A DNA stretch of 63,636 bases, counting the filler, from Rozella allomycis CSF55 (lineage: Eukaryota), in assembly GCA_000442015.1 (NCBI GenBank). It is 9 parts of 9 records of this genome, joined end to end, with 100 filler letters (N's around TTAATTAATTAA, not from the genome) between each part and the next. Parts side by side here need not be neighbours in the genome. Positions count along the whole stretch, not along the records: positions 24,795 to 51,161 come from KE560569.1; 8 more parts are not named here. One strand, written 5' to 3'. The position numbers and the translations under genes are program-made. Below the pieces are notes generated by a model. The model was not told where the DNA came from. It saw nothing but the letters and a program-made list of their open reading frames with translations, and ran no database searches. Of the stretch, positions 37,447 through 50,017 are shown piece by piece. The stretch's first letter is position 1. Each line of letters begins with the position of its first letter.

Positions 37447-38257
37447 TTAAACTGGAATTGGCTCCGTAATCCGTTCTTCTTGTTTGACTGTATTATTAAA
37501 CTCTAATGGATCAGTTGAAAGATCATCAGTAAAATAGACGTGAAGCACTGGCATCAATTCATCAGAATCTAGACCGAATTTTTGATACAGTTCGGTTTCA
37601 TCAGGAATATCATTCTCTTGCAGAGACTTAGACATATCCACTAAATGGCCTAGTCTTTTCCAAACATATGCTTTGGCGTGACAATTAAATTTCAAGTATC
37701 GGTCTTGTATAGCAAAAAAATTCTCTTCAGAACAAACCTTTGCCTAAATTTATAATAATTTACTTCCAGAATTGTTTCCTGTGACGTTAAAACATTTAGT
37801 ACTTTTATTTTACGCATTTTCGCCGTCAATTTGCCAATGTAATATTTATCTGCTTCCTTCCACCATGGTTTGGATTCGCGCTTCGTGCAGTAGTCAGTTG
37901 TTGGATAATCAGGCGGAAGGTCAATTACTTTTCCAAAAGGGGTTGTTTTGACTCTAGAGCCTAATTCACGATGTATATGCGATTTTAACTAAATTCAGCT
38001 GAAGCCACAAATATTACTTCTCCAGATTTTTCATCAAACCAATGAGATATATCTTGCCCGGCAGCTTGGAGAATAGGGATAATTGAAACTTCGTCTAGTT
38101 TAAGCAGTTATCTTTCTCTACCTCTGTGCTTTTCAATCAATGGAGTCAAGTTATAGACATTTCCTAGCCAAGAGACCCAGCAATCATGAGCAGCATTATG
38201 TTCTTTGACCTCATTCGTGGTGTAATATACAACTTCACGATATTTGTGAGGAGTCAT
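37447..38257 (-). CDS. CYB5D1: Cytochrome b5 domain-containing protein 1 (flagellar FAP198-like)
   Basis: YYTTNEVKEHN..DCWVSWLGNVYNLTPL, AAGQDISHWF, KPWW, FNCHAKAYVWK, LHVYFTDDL. Confidence 0.85.
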
Positions 38258-38299
38258 TGTATCCAACGAGATCCTCCGATATCCAAGCCACTCAAATTT

Positions 38300-38925
38300 A
38301 TGAGTAATCCGTGGATTCATTCCAGTTTCAACAAGGTAAACACAAATTTTATATATTATAGAACACTAAAAATTTTGCGTAACGTTAAACTGTTGGTTAT
38401 AATAGGTTTAAATGCGATAACTGTAATTTGAGTTTTGTATCAAGAAATATGTATCATAAACATTTATCACAACATGTTAATTGTAAGTTTTGCCAGTTTA
38501 GCGCCATTTTCAAAGTGACAAAGGCCCACCAATTCAATTTCCATCAAGATGAGCTTTCACATATATCCCGAACAGCAAATCTAAATAATAAAACTGAAAG
38601 TGAAGAAGACGTTCAAAAATATATCTTGGAAAGAAAAAGGAAATATCCATGCGAAGCAAATCGTTTACGCAATGTAAGAGCTTGTTTGTTGCGCGAATAG
38701 GAAATTGAAAAGATTGAATCAAGCGATCCTTTATGTTTAATTTCCGAAAACTATGAATCTGAAGAAGATAAAACAACCTTAGAAACAAAGAAAAAGCCTA
38801 AGCGGGACAGACGAAAGGGGAATGGAAAACCACTTAAAATACCAATCGGTTTGGCATTATTAGAAAAAGAAGTAGAAGAGAAGCATGTGTATATTTTAGA
38901 AGCTTTTAATTTTCTCTTTAAGTAA
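38300..38925 (+). CDS. NUFIP1: NUFIP1/Rsa1-like snoRNP assembly factor
   Basis: Spliced CDNC..HKHLSQH and CKFC..H zinc fingers; ESEEDVQKYILERKRKYP (PEP motif); LLEKE..ILEAFNFL. Confidence 0.75.
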
Positions 38926-39104
38926 GTATTTGGAGTGAGAGGCCATTCATGTTATATGATAAGTTGATAACTAAATTTGCAATTTGAATTATAATAAATT
39001 TAAATAATGGACTCCATTAAATGTTAAATTTTCTTTTATTTTTTTAATGTATCAACCGAATAAACGGGATTTGTTATAACGAAATTTCCTTGTTTACTTT
39101 AAAG

Positions 39105-41100
39105 ATGGCCACTGAATTTGAAATGAAGGAGATCAAAAGTGGTGACCCAGAAGCAGCAAGACATTCTTCCATGGCTGCACCACAAAAGAGTGTTACAGTC
39201 AAATTTGAAAACCTGAATTATTCTGTTTCAATCAAGGCCAAAAAGACAGTCACTGAAAAAGTCATATTAAATAATGTTTCTGGAATGTTTAAACCAGGAA
39301 AATTTACTGCAATAATGGGAAACAGTGGATCTGGAAAGACAAGCTTACTTAACGTCCTGGTAAAAATGGCTTATTGCATTGAACCAGGCTGGCGCAGTGA
39401 AAGGAGGAAAGATTTCAGGTGATTTAATAATAAACGGAGAAAAAATGGATACAAAGTTTATGAAGAAAATGTCTGCTTTTGTTATGCAAGATGATGTTAT
39501 ACTTGGGACAATGACAGTTAGAGAAGCTATCACAATGTCTGCTCTCTTACGATTACCTCCTGAAATACCGAAATCGGAAAAACTAGACCGAGTTGACGAA
39601 ATAATTTCAATGTTACGATTGGATAAAGCGCAAAACACCGTCATTGGTTCGACTAGAGTTAAGGGTGTCTCTGGTGGAGAAAGGAAACGAACAGGTAATT
39701 TAATCATTTTTAAAATACCAGCAATGGCTATGGAAATGGTTACGAACCCAAGTATAATTTTATTAGATGAGCCAACATCTGGTTTAGACTCTTTCACTGC
39801 TTATTCCGTTTGCACAACTTTATCTGATTTAGCGGAGCAGGGTCGTACAGTAGTTGCTACTATCCATCAGCCATCATCAGATATATTTCTTATTTTTGAT
39901 GATCTTCTTTTGCTATCGGAAGGGCGAGTTGCTTACTATGGACCTTCATCTGCAGTCATTGATTATTTTACGAAAATTGACTACCCATTTCCCGATTATG
40001 TAAACCCCGCGGATTTCATTTTCATGCACATTTTAAATAACTCAGAGGAAGCCAAACAGGCTGATAAAAAGAAAGATGCTTTAAATAAAGTCCTTCTTGA
40101 ATGGGATAATAGCGAGAATAAGAAGGTGATGCTCAACACCCCTGCCACCCAGAAAGGTCTACCTGCAGATGTGATGAAAGTCAACGCATCATTTTATGAA
40201 CAATTCAGATTTCTACTTACCCGTGCTGGTAAAAATGTATGGAGGAACGCTCTGATGGTTCGTGCTAGACTTGGGCAAGCCGTTTTCCTGGGTATTTTAT
40301 TGGGGCTTGTTTATCGTGATGTATCTTCCAGACCTCTCAAGTCTCAAACACAAGTAACCCCCTATAATAGCATTTAAAGGATCGAAGCGGTTCTCTATTT
40401 TTTATTTGTATGAATTTAACAATGTCTTCGATGATTGGCATCCTTTCTATATTTTCTGATGAAAAAGCTGTTTTCATTCGTGAGTTCGGCGCTGGATATT
40501 ATGGACTTCCTGCTTATTACTTTAGCAAATTGTTAGTTGAGGTATTCCATTTATATTGTAATGTTAAAAGTTACCATTTTTTATTATTCCACCGATAAGC
40601 ATGATCTCTATAATGTACTGGCTTGTGGGGTACCAAAACATAGCAGTAAAATATGTCATTTTGGCGATCATTGGAATTTTGGCCGCCAATTCTGGAACAG
40701 TATGAATTTAATAATATCATAATAGGCACTTGGTATCTTTTTAGCTTCGGTGTTTGAAGACGTTCAGGTGGCGTTATTTTTGGCACCAATGCTAATCATG
40801 CCAATGATGGTTTTTAGTGGATTTCTTATTAACAATAATAATATACCGGTATACTTCAATTGGATTAAGTACCTTTCACCAATTAAATATGGATTCACAG
40901 CAGCCGCGAAAAATGAGTTCCAGGGTTTAGTGATGACAGATCAATTTGGTTCGCTTACAGGAGAAAAAGTATTAGATGATCTTGCATTCACAGATGAGCT
41001 ACCAGTTGATCAAAACTTGTACGTCCTTTTATCCATGTTTATCATTTTAATTGGCATGGCATATATGGCTCTCTGGAGAGCCACAAAAAAGGTCGTTTAA
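39105..41100 (+). CDS. ABCG half-transporter (White-like)
   Basis: GNSGSGKT, VSGGERKR, LLDEPTSGLD, TIHQPSS, NPADF, C-terminal TMD (EKAVFIRE, WIKYLSPIKY). Confidence 0.95.
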
Positions 41101-41143
41101 TAAAAATGTCTTTACAAATGGATTATTTAATTTTTATTTAAAA

Positions 41144-42271
41144 TTAATCAAATGGCAAAAGTTCTGGACGTGCAGCAATCGCACTTGGAACTTTCATGAC
41201 ACAACAGCTAGGAAGTTCACCTGGCAATCTATGGTCGCATTCTTCTTCATGTGATTTTTCATATACATAAGGATACACTTTATCACTGACGATTGATATC
41301 TCAAAACGTAAAAATGAGCCAAACAGAAAATGTTGCATGATAGGAAATTTCGACAATATTTCAGCGTCAAGCATTTTGAAGAGACCTTCATTGATCTTTT
41401 TCCAGGATTTGGCAGCACTTATATCATCCAGCATCGGTGAATGCCATCTAAGAGATGCAGTTTTAACCTTTGCTGATGCACTGAATTCCATACCTTATTT
41501 ACAAACTCAATACAAGATAGGTAAAAATAATGTTTTGCATATCCTTCAATTACTTCAGGATCGTGTATAGATTTAGGTTTTATATATGGATGATCTTTGA
41601 ATCATTGAATAGCCATTTTTACCAATTAATTGAGCGGAGCCAAATAGAAATGGAAGAAAATGGTAGTCATCTAAGCCCCAGACGCCATGAGATCCAGCAG
41701 GCTCCAGAAGATATGTGAATTGTAACTTTCTCATTAATCGCAAGTACCTTATATTGATGTCTTGTAGATTGTACCTGTCGAAAACTCGTAATACAATACC
41801 GGGAAAGTCGTTATCCTTAACAATACCAAGATGATACAGACAGTATATAAAGCAAACAAAATTCATTTCATTTCCAGTACCATAGTCAATTCTCTGTCTA
41901 TGCCCAAATGACGACATTAAATAGGGTTTTGTTTCCACTAAAGATTCCTCGGGTATTCCAAGAGAAAAGATATAAGGGTTGATTTCTTGCGTAATATGAT
42001 CCAACCATTGTTGAAACATTGGACTACCAAATCTACTCATTTGTTTTTCGGGTGGAAATAGTGCTATGCTTTCAGTTAAGAATTCAAATAATTGAACTAG
42101 TTTTCTAATTGCCTCGGATTCTTCGACGCTATCACAAAGCGATTTTTTTACCACAGAGTTATTTAGGGCAACCAGAAATTGAATTAACTCTTTCTTCGTT
42201 TCTGATAAGTTAAATCTTTCAAGATCATCTTTGCATAGAATTTGTCTACTAGGCTTAAGAAATTCATGCAT
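41144..42271 (-). CDS. PTPA: PP2A activator PTPA (Rrd1/Rrd2)
   Basis: SRFG, RIDYGTG, YLLEPAGSHGVWGLDDYHFLPFLFGSAQL, HSPML, KFPIMQHF. Confidence 0.95.
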
Positions 42272-42293
42272 TTCGTATATTGGAAATTTCGCA

Positions 42294-43019
42294 ATGGGCT
42301 CTGATCAATCGAAACGAGCATTGGCAAAATTGGCCAGTTTCACTTCTTCTGTAAGCGGCGCTGATAAGTTTTACAGGATCTCCCAATATGCATTTAAAAT
42401 TATAATCCATTTTCTTTCAAAGAATCCTAATAACAAACAATATATTGAAAAAATCAATAATTTTACATCTCCTTTAGCAGATACTAGAATGATATTGCGA
42501 TTCTTTGGGCTTCTTTCAACTATTGATGGATTAAAGCATCCCTATGAAACAGAAAAGTTGTACCGGCAAATTGAAATTGCCCAAGGACTATCGATGATGG
42601 TCTATTATCCATGTGAGCATGTATATTGGCTTGGAATTCATAAAATATTAGATTTGAAAGATGTCGACTCTTGGTCGAGATGGTCATGCCAGGCATGGGC
42701 TATTTACATTATCCTAGATATATTTGTAATCATTTCGAAGCTTTCTAATACTATTAAAAAGATGGGTTCAATCAAAATTAAAATAAAATCTGCGAAAAAA
42801 GATGAAGATTTTATCAAATTGAAAAAGTACCAAGAAGAAATCAAGGTGTGTGAAAATCAAAAGAATGACTTCTACCTAAGATTGATCGGCTATGTTGGAG
42901 ACTTGCCACTTGCCATTCATTGGTCTTTGAAGAATCCAATATTATCACCTATTGGAGTTGGAATCCTCGGGACAATATCGTCAATTGCAGGCATAAGCAT
43001 GAAATGGAAATACACATGA
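42294..43019 (+). CDS. PEX11: Peroxin Pex11 family protein
   Basis: GADKFYRISQY, LADTRMILRFFG, YYPCEHVYWLG, WSCQAW, DLPLAIHW. Confidence 0.85.
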   Translation: MGSDQSKRALAKLASFTSSVSGADKFYRISQYAFKIIIHFLSKNPNNKQYIEKINNFTSPLADTRMILRFFGLLSTIDGLKHPYETEKLYRQIEIAQGLSMMVYYPCEHVYWLGIHKILDLKDVDSWSRWSCQAWAIYIILDIFVIISKLSNTIKKMGSIKIKIKSAKKDEDFIKLKKYQEEIKVCENQKNDFYLRLIGYVGDLPLAIHWSLKNPILSPIGVGILGTISSIAGISMKWKYT

Positions 43020-43225
43020 CCTTGAATAAAATACAATAAAGATGATAAATTGATAATGATACATTTACATTCATCGCATACATAAATCTTTAGTGTTAAT
43101 CTATCACGTGGAACGGTAATTACACAAAATCGAGATTCTGGAAATTTCCAAGGCAGCCACATTGACCCCTGTAAAGTTCCAAGGTTCCTATTTCGTAAGA
43201 CGATAAAATAATATGAACTCTTAGA

Positions 43226-44013
43226 ATGGCCGAAAAGAGAATGCCCAAAAAAGATACTTCGCCAACTCGCAGTCAACGTGAGCCATCCCCTGCTCGTAGC
43301 ACACATAGCGCGCAAAGTGCTTCTGACAAGGAAGGCCGTAAGATATTTGTTGGCAATTTGGACTTCCAAACTACCAATATTGAGCTTAAAGAATTTTTCG
43401 CTACTGAAGGAAAAGTGTAAGTTTGATTTAGCCGCTTTAGTATAGTTTAAAAGCACACATCATAACTAGAGGAACTCTTTCAAGAGGTTATGGCTTTGTC
43501 ACATTCGAAAAGGCTGAAGAAGCTGAACGGGCGGTTGAAAAACTTAATCAAACTGAGTTGAATGGACGCAAAATAAATTGTGAGATTGCTATTCCAAGAG
43601 AACATCATAATGAAAGCAATGCCCGTGGTAGAGGTCGTCTTGGAAGACGTGGTCGCGGACGTGGTCGTGGACGTGGAGGATTCCGTGGTGGCCGTCGTTT
43701 CAGCAAACGCAGAATTGCTCAAGGTGAACCATCAACTGATATGGTCTTTGTCACCAACATTCCATACAGCGTCGACGAAGATGAATTGACCAACCACTTT
43801 AAGGGATTGAGTGTTTCTGAAGTCACTATTCCCCGCAATTCTCACAATCAACGTTCTAGAGGATTCGCTTTTGTTACCTTTTCAAAAGCTGAAGATCAAA
43901 AGAAGGCTGTGGAGAAATTCGATCAAACTGAAATTGAAGGCCGTTCCCTAAAGGTCAGAATCGCTAAAGAGAGACCAAAAGAAGATTCCAAAACCGGTGA
44001 GGCGGATGAATAA
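43226..44013 (+). CDS. RRM-RGG-RRM nucleic acid binding protein (Sbp1-like architecture)
   Basis: IFVGNL, RGYGFVTF, RG/RGG-rich linker, VFVTNI, RGFAFVTF; one intron. Confidence 0.85.
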
Positions 44014-44053
44014 AATAAATTATTCCATTCATTAAAGTAATTTTAATGTTCGT

Positions 44054-45582
44054 TTATTTGGCTGGAGAGTTTGGAACTTGAAGAACCGACATGTCTGAAA
44101 TTTCCTTTTCCAATGCCTTAATCACTTCCTGATCTTGAGCAAGTTCCTTGTTCAACTTTTCCCTTTCATTTATTAACAATGTTAAGAAAAAAAATAATTC
44201 TTACTCTCTGTTCCCATGATTTGAAGCGCACTTCATGTTGCTTTACTTGGTCAGCAAACTTTTGCTTCAATTCTTCTTCGGTTGTTTCATTAGTTTCCAA
44301 TCTTTTACATTACATTTATGGTTTTACAAATCCTTTGATTTATTCAGCTTATATCCCTCTTTCAATGCTCTTTCCCGAAAATTTTCATAATGCAGTTCAC
44401 TTGTTGTTTGAATTAAATCAAGCATGTGCATCCTAACCAAAAGATTTCTCAATTTTTTGAAATCACAATATTCATCATTTTCAACTAGTTCAAAATAATC
44501 CTTTAAATATACCTTCTGCTGTACCCCAAGAATATTGGCGGGCTTTGACCCGATGCCCTTCCTTGTTTATACAGTCAATCTCTGAAGTTATAATAGCAAA
44601 AGGCATTGAATTCTGTATCGTTAAACAATTTGTATTACCAAAATACTTAAATTCATATTCGTAGTTTGCTCATCGTCGCTCTCTGCAGCAAATTGAAAAA
44701 CATTTATTTTGTTGGCTTCAAGGCAGTCTATAATCATTTGAAATTTCTATAATCCCCTTACCTTTTGCTTGAAAGATGTAAGCTCTCGTTTAGTTAGCAT
44801 ATCCGCCCTTGCAATGACTGGAATCAAATTGACGTGATCGCATAGATTTTTCATAGTATCAATATCTATTTGACGCAATCTGGGAGATAAAACTGTGGAT
44901 TTTACGTTGTTCCAAGGGGTGGGATAAAGTATAGGCAAGCGTGGACCCTAGAGTCCTTGTATTTTCTTACATTCTCTTGACTATCTTGATTTAAATAGTC
45001 CATATAGCTATCGTTGATATAAGAAAGAATTGGTTTCCAGCTATAAATAGAAANTCTGGAATCTTTGTATTTCCTTACATTCTCTTGATTATCTTGATTT
45101 AAATAGTCTAAATAGCTATCGTTGATATAAGAAAGAATTGGTTTCCAGCTATAAATAAAAACCCTGATCTCCTTACCAATTTTCATTATTGATGTAGTCC
45201 CCAAATCCAGGAGTATCAATTACTGACAACCGAATTTCAAATCCTTTTTCCACAAAAGCAAATATAAATTAAATGTGTTCAATTACTATTCACATGGACC
45301 TGAATTCTAGTTGTTTTGTGTTCTTGTTGGAGACTTTCTTGCGAAAATCTACAATAGTCATCTTCATGCTTATAAACTGTGGTATTTAATAAAGAATTAA
45401 TAAAAGTTGATTTGCCTAGCCCACTATCGCCTATGAATTCCGGCAAATTATAGTGTTATACCAACAAGAAGTATATTAAAGTCGATTCCTTTCTTTGATA
45501 CTATTCTGTGCCTTTGATTAGGCAAATTCGCTATTCCAACGTTAGTAGCAATATCAGGTTTGGGCAGAAAGCCTAATGGCAT
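44054..45582 (-). CDS. Septin
   Basis: [73 protein letters not shown], coiled-coil tail. Confidence 0.93.
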
Positions 45583-45604
45583 CGCAATATATCAAAATTC
45601 GAAA

Positions 45605-46773
45605 ATGAAAATAATACCAGTTACCGTCTTTACAGGATTTCTTGGCGCTGGTAAAACAACAATAATTTTAGATATCTTGTCAAAATGTGATCCAGCTTAT
45701 AAAGTCGCTGTTTTGAAAAATGAATTTGGCGATGTTCAAGGTAATACCTTGTTGATCTCTTATAGTACAAGTGGACAGTCAATTAATGAATCAACAGAAA
45801 GATATGATTGTCGAAGAGATATCTAACGGGTGCTTATGTTGCGTTCTTGTAGGGCAAATAGAAAATGCCCTATTGGACATGAAAAGTATAATTTGATTAT
45901 TCTTTGGCATTAGATAATTATGAGATTGATAGAATAATAGTTNCAAGAGATATCTAACGGGTGCTTATGCTGCGTTCTTGTAGGGCAAATGGAAAATGCC
46001 CTATTGGACATGAAAAGTATAATTGATTATTCTTTGGCATTAGAAAATTATGAGATTGATAGAATAATAATAGAAACATCAGGATCTGCATTTCCAGCTC
46101 CAATCGCATGGCAAATTAGACAGTTAAAGGAACATTTTGCGTTAGATAGCATTATAACAGTGATAGATTGTGTCAATTTTACTGGATATGAAGATACAAG
46201 CTATACTGCTAAACTCCAGGCTCAAGTAATGAAATCTTTAAGCTTGAACAGTACACTGATTTGATTGTATTGAATAAACATGAGTTGGTTTCAGAGAGGC
46301 AATTAGACATTGTGATAGACCATGTAGCCAATTTGAACGACAGTACTCCACGAATAAAGTATAATAAGAGCTCTGGATTATCTACAAACTTGGTTTTTGG
46401 ATTAGACACAAAGTTATTTTCAATGGTTGATCCCTTGAATGTTTGTGACGACGATCATAACAAGGAAGTTGAGTTGTTAACTTTAAAATCTAATGGATTG
46501 TTTATAAATAATTCTTCAAAGACTGAACAAGAATGTTTTACTGATTGGTTAAATACTTTGTCAAAGGAGGATGTGTTTAGAGTGAAAGGATTTGTCAAAT
46601 TGGATGGAAAGTGGCTCATTGTGAATCATGCCTTTGGGAGACCGAACTATTTAGAATTAAATGACGAGAAAGATTTGACCCTTTCAATTGTCGTAATGGG
46701 TCAGAATTTGAACATTTTGAAGAGTCGTTTGAATTCGCATTTTATTAACATTGAAACTGAATACATGAATTAA
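45605..46773 (+). CDS. CobW/COG0523 (G3E) metal-chaperone GTPase
   Basis: IPVTVFTGFLGAGKTT, NEFG, NGCLCC, IETSG, LNK, CobW_C FRVKG. Confidence 0.92.
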
Positions 46774-46841
46774 AAAGAGATTCTTTAATACACTACCCTT
46801 TGATTAAAAACTAGAAATAAATTTTTTTGGAATGTGTTTTA

Positions 46842-49800
46842 TTAGTTTTTGGATGTAAATGACATTTTCCCACTTGTCATGACTTTTGATGATTGCTGCA
46901 ATCTCATTTTAGAGTCACCGATCTTTGATCCAGTAGATTCTTCAACCATAGTCTTTTTTCTATTTTTGGCTTCAGGATCAGTTAAGCATTTGTAAATTTT
47001 GAAGCCGGCTAAAGATATTGTAGTTAGAAAGTGGGGCAGCAACAGGGAGAAAGAAGTGACAATGTAAGCAATATCAGCGGAAGTGACAGTCCATTGAGCC
47101 AAAACGCTAATTAAAGTACCGAATACAACCCAGTTGTAGGTGGCAAAGCCGATTAACTTTGCCTCGTTAAAATCAGATGGAACATTTCTAATAGTGTAGG
47201 CGAGAACGGCAGCAATTAAAGTAATGAAAAGACGGATTCCAACGATACCTGCACTCCAAGTGGAAGTCGAGCAACGATCAGCAGAAATTGTATTGTCGAC
47301 CATCAATGTTTCTGTAGGGACAGGAGCTGAAAGGAACGTCCAAGTAATGAGATATGAGCACATTAAAATAACAGACAAGCCAATGTATCTCATCAAGTAT
47401 GTATCTTTTAGATTTAGATTTCGTTTAACGTGATTGAAAATTCTATCGATTCGATACATTTTAGCCAACAAAGCTGCAAACACAAGAGTAAATCCAATAT
47501 TTTCGAACCAGGCACCAAGAATGCAACTTGCGAAGTAATTCTTTGCTTGAATAGCCAGAGATATAAAAGATAAAATAGATCCAACGATGGTCACAGAAAC
47601 TAAAATATAACTATTTGCTTTAACAACGTGATATTCTCTGAAATGGAATAATAACGCCACGGTCACAATACAGACAATTATCATTATTACAGCGATTGCA
47701 GCAAACCCAATTCTGATACCTGAATTGATGGGTATTACAGGAAGACACTTGGAGAATGAAGAAGAATATCTTTCTGTCAGTGGATTGCATTCGTTGAAAA
47801 CAATTTGAACATACGGATCTTCAGTGGCTGAAGGAAGTGGAACCAAGTTCCCGGGTAACGCAGATATGACGATTCGATATCTTCCAGGCTCATTATTGGC
47901 AAATCTAAGGTTAGTGAAATTGACGATTCCTGTTGATACATCAAGAATTGCTTTCATAGATTCTCCCAAGAACGTCTTGTTATGAATGGCCTCAGTCAAT
48001 TTGACAATCACTGGAGCTTGTAGATTAACAATGCTTGGATTTCCAAAATAATCNCAAATCTAAGGTTAGTGAAATTGACGATTCCTGTTGACACATCAAG
48101 AATTGCTTTCATAGATTCTCCCAGGAATGTCTTGTTATGAATGGCCTCAGTCAATTTAACAATCACTGGAGCTTGTAGATTAACAATGCTTGGATTTCCA
48201 AAATAATCCAATGAATTTACCAGAATGTCTGGAATGCCTTGAGCTAAGTTCATTACAATTCCATCACCAAATGCGTCTGCATTCACAATATTCAACGTTG
48301 ACGCCAATCCTACAAATGTATTTTGTGGAAACGTTTGTAGCAAAGAACTTGTGAGAATCGACTGCGCTGTAGTGGCATATAGAACATACACATTTCCTTG
48401 CACGACATTTCCTTCGCTTGTGGTTGATCCCAAAATGAATCCTTGATTGTCTTTGCCTAAATACGCTAAACCGCTGGATGGATTTAAAGCCGCGGTATTT
48501 CCTTGAATAACCAAATTGGCTCCAGAAATTGTAATATTATTTGTTGTGTCCATATAAATCCCTCCACCTTGTGCTATTGCGTGATTATTCATGATGGTAA
48601 CGTTTGGTCCAATCGACGCTGATGATCCTCCAGTAAAATGTAACGCTCCTCCTCTGTACGCTTGATTTCCAACAAACCTCGCGCCGCTTGTAATATTCAA
48701 AAAAACATCGTCTTGGACAACTAATGCTCCTCCAATATTGCTTACCGAATTTCTTGCCATCGAACACCTTCCAATCAGCCCACTAGAGCCTGCCAGAAAT
48801 GCTATAGCCCCACCAGAACCTCCATTTGTTGTATCGCTGATCTCAGAGTCTCCATCACACACCAACTTTGAATTTGTATTTGATATTGTAATTGGACTTC
48901 CAATAGTCTCTAAGATTTTACTTCCTTGAAGAATGTTAAAATTACATGCACCATAGACAAAGGCCACTGCATTAGCACATCCATTGCATTTGCTTTTAGC
49001 AACAATTGTATTGTACAGATTAAACGTGATAGATGTTTGAACAACAAACGCGCCCCCGGTACTGGGGCTGAAACATGAAGTAAAATTGGAATCCCTAATA
49101 TTTATCAATCCATGGGAAAACGCATAAATGCATCCAGCCTGGTTGGACGCAGAACTATTGTACACTCGCACATTTGTCAAATTGGCCGTCATGTCATTAT
49201 TAAAGAATCCAAATCCACCTGCTGTAGAAGTTAAACCAATAGCATCGAAATCATTCAATATCAAGTTGCAAGAAGCATCGAACATAAAACAAGCACCCCA
49301 GTTCACAGCCGTTGCTCCATAGCAACCACCCCCTGTGGCTATAACTGTAATAGAATTTGTTCCGTAAATAAAACCACCATTATTCCTCGTATATGCATTT
49401 CTTGATACACAATTATTACAAATCAATGTTCTACTACTCGCTATATACATGTCAGCACCATTCAATGCATTGTTTCCTATAAATGTTACATTAGTGAAAT
49501 AATCAGGAACAGTTGAAGAAGAGGCAAAGAACACCCCAGAACCAGCACCATTTACATATAAATTCTGGAATACAACATTGGTAAGATTTAGATTGTAATT
49601 GTTTTGGACGAATATCGCACCTCCATTGGGACCCCAATTAGCACCATAGTTGTTGTTTTTGAACGTAACATTGTTAAGCACTGCATCGCCTCCGAGAATT
49701 AGATAAGGGCAGTTTTCATAAACACAATTTGATAGGGATAATAGACCGGATGATATATATGGCCCGTCAGCAAATGTGCAAAGTTTATAGCCTGTTGGAC

Positions 49801-49864
49801 ATGAAACGAAAGATATTGCACTTCTTATGAAGCTCACAACGAATAGTAATATGGTTAGCATCAT
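46842..49864 (-). CDS. Class C (GABA-B-like 7tm_3) GPCR with Pmp/pectin-lyase-like beta-helix ectodomain; ~955 aa after removing a 155-bp assembly duplication
   Basis: Signal peptide; repeated FxxN...GGA(I/L/F) motifs; seven hydrophobic helices with C..W..IGFTLVF..LAKMYRI.RIF and VPSDFNEAKLIGFATYN; ORFs 48008-49864 and 46842-48011 overlap by an identical peptide around the n at 48054. Confidence 0.88.
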
Positions 49865-50017
49865 TTCGCCGAATTTCCAGCAGCTTGGATACAGATTTTA
49901 GTTAACACACACAATTTACATGACCTAATATATTGTGTAACAAAAACATGCATATGTCTACCTTTTATATCTGTAATAAAAATCTGTGCAACCCTTGCAT
50001 AGCATTCTGATTTTCTG

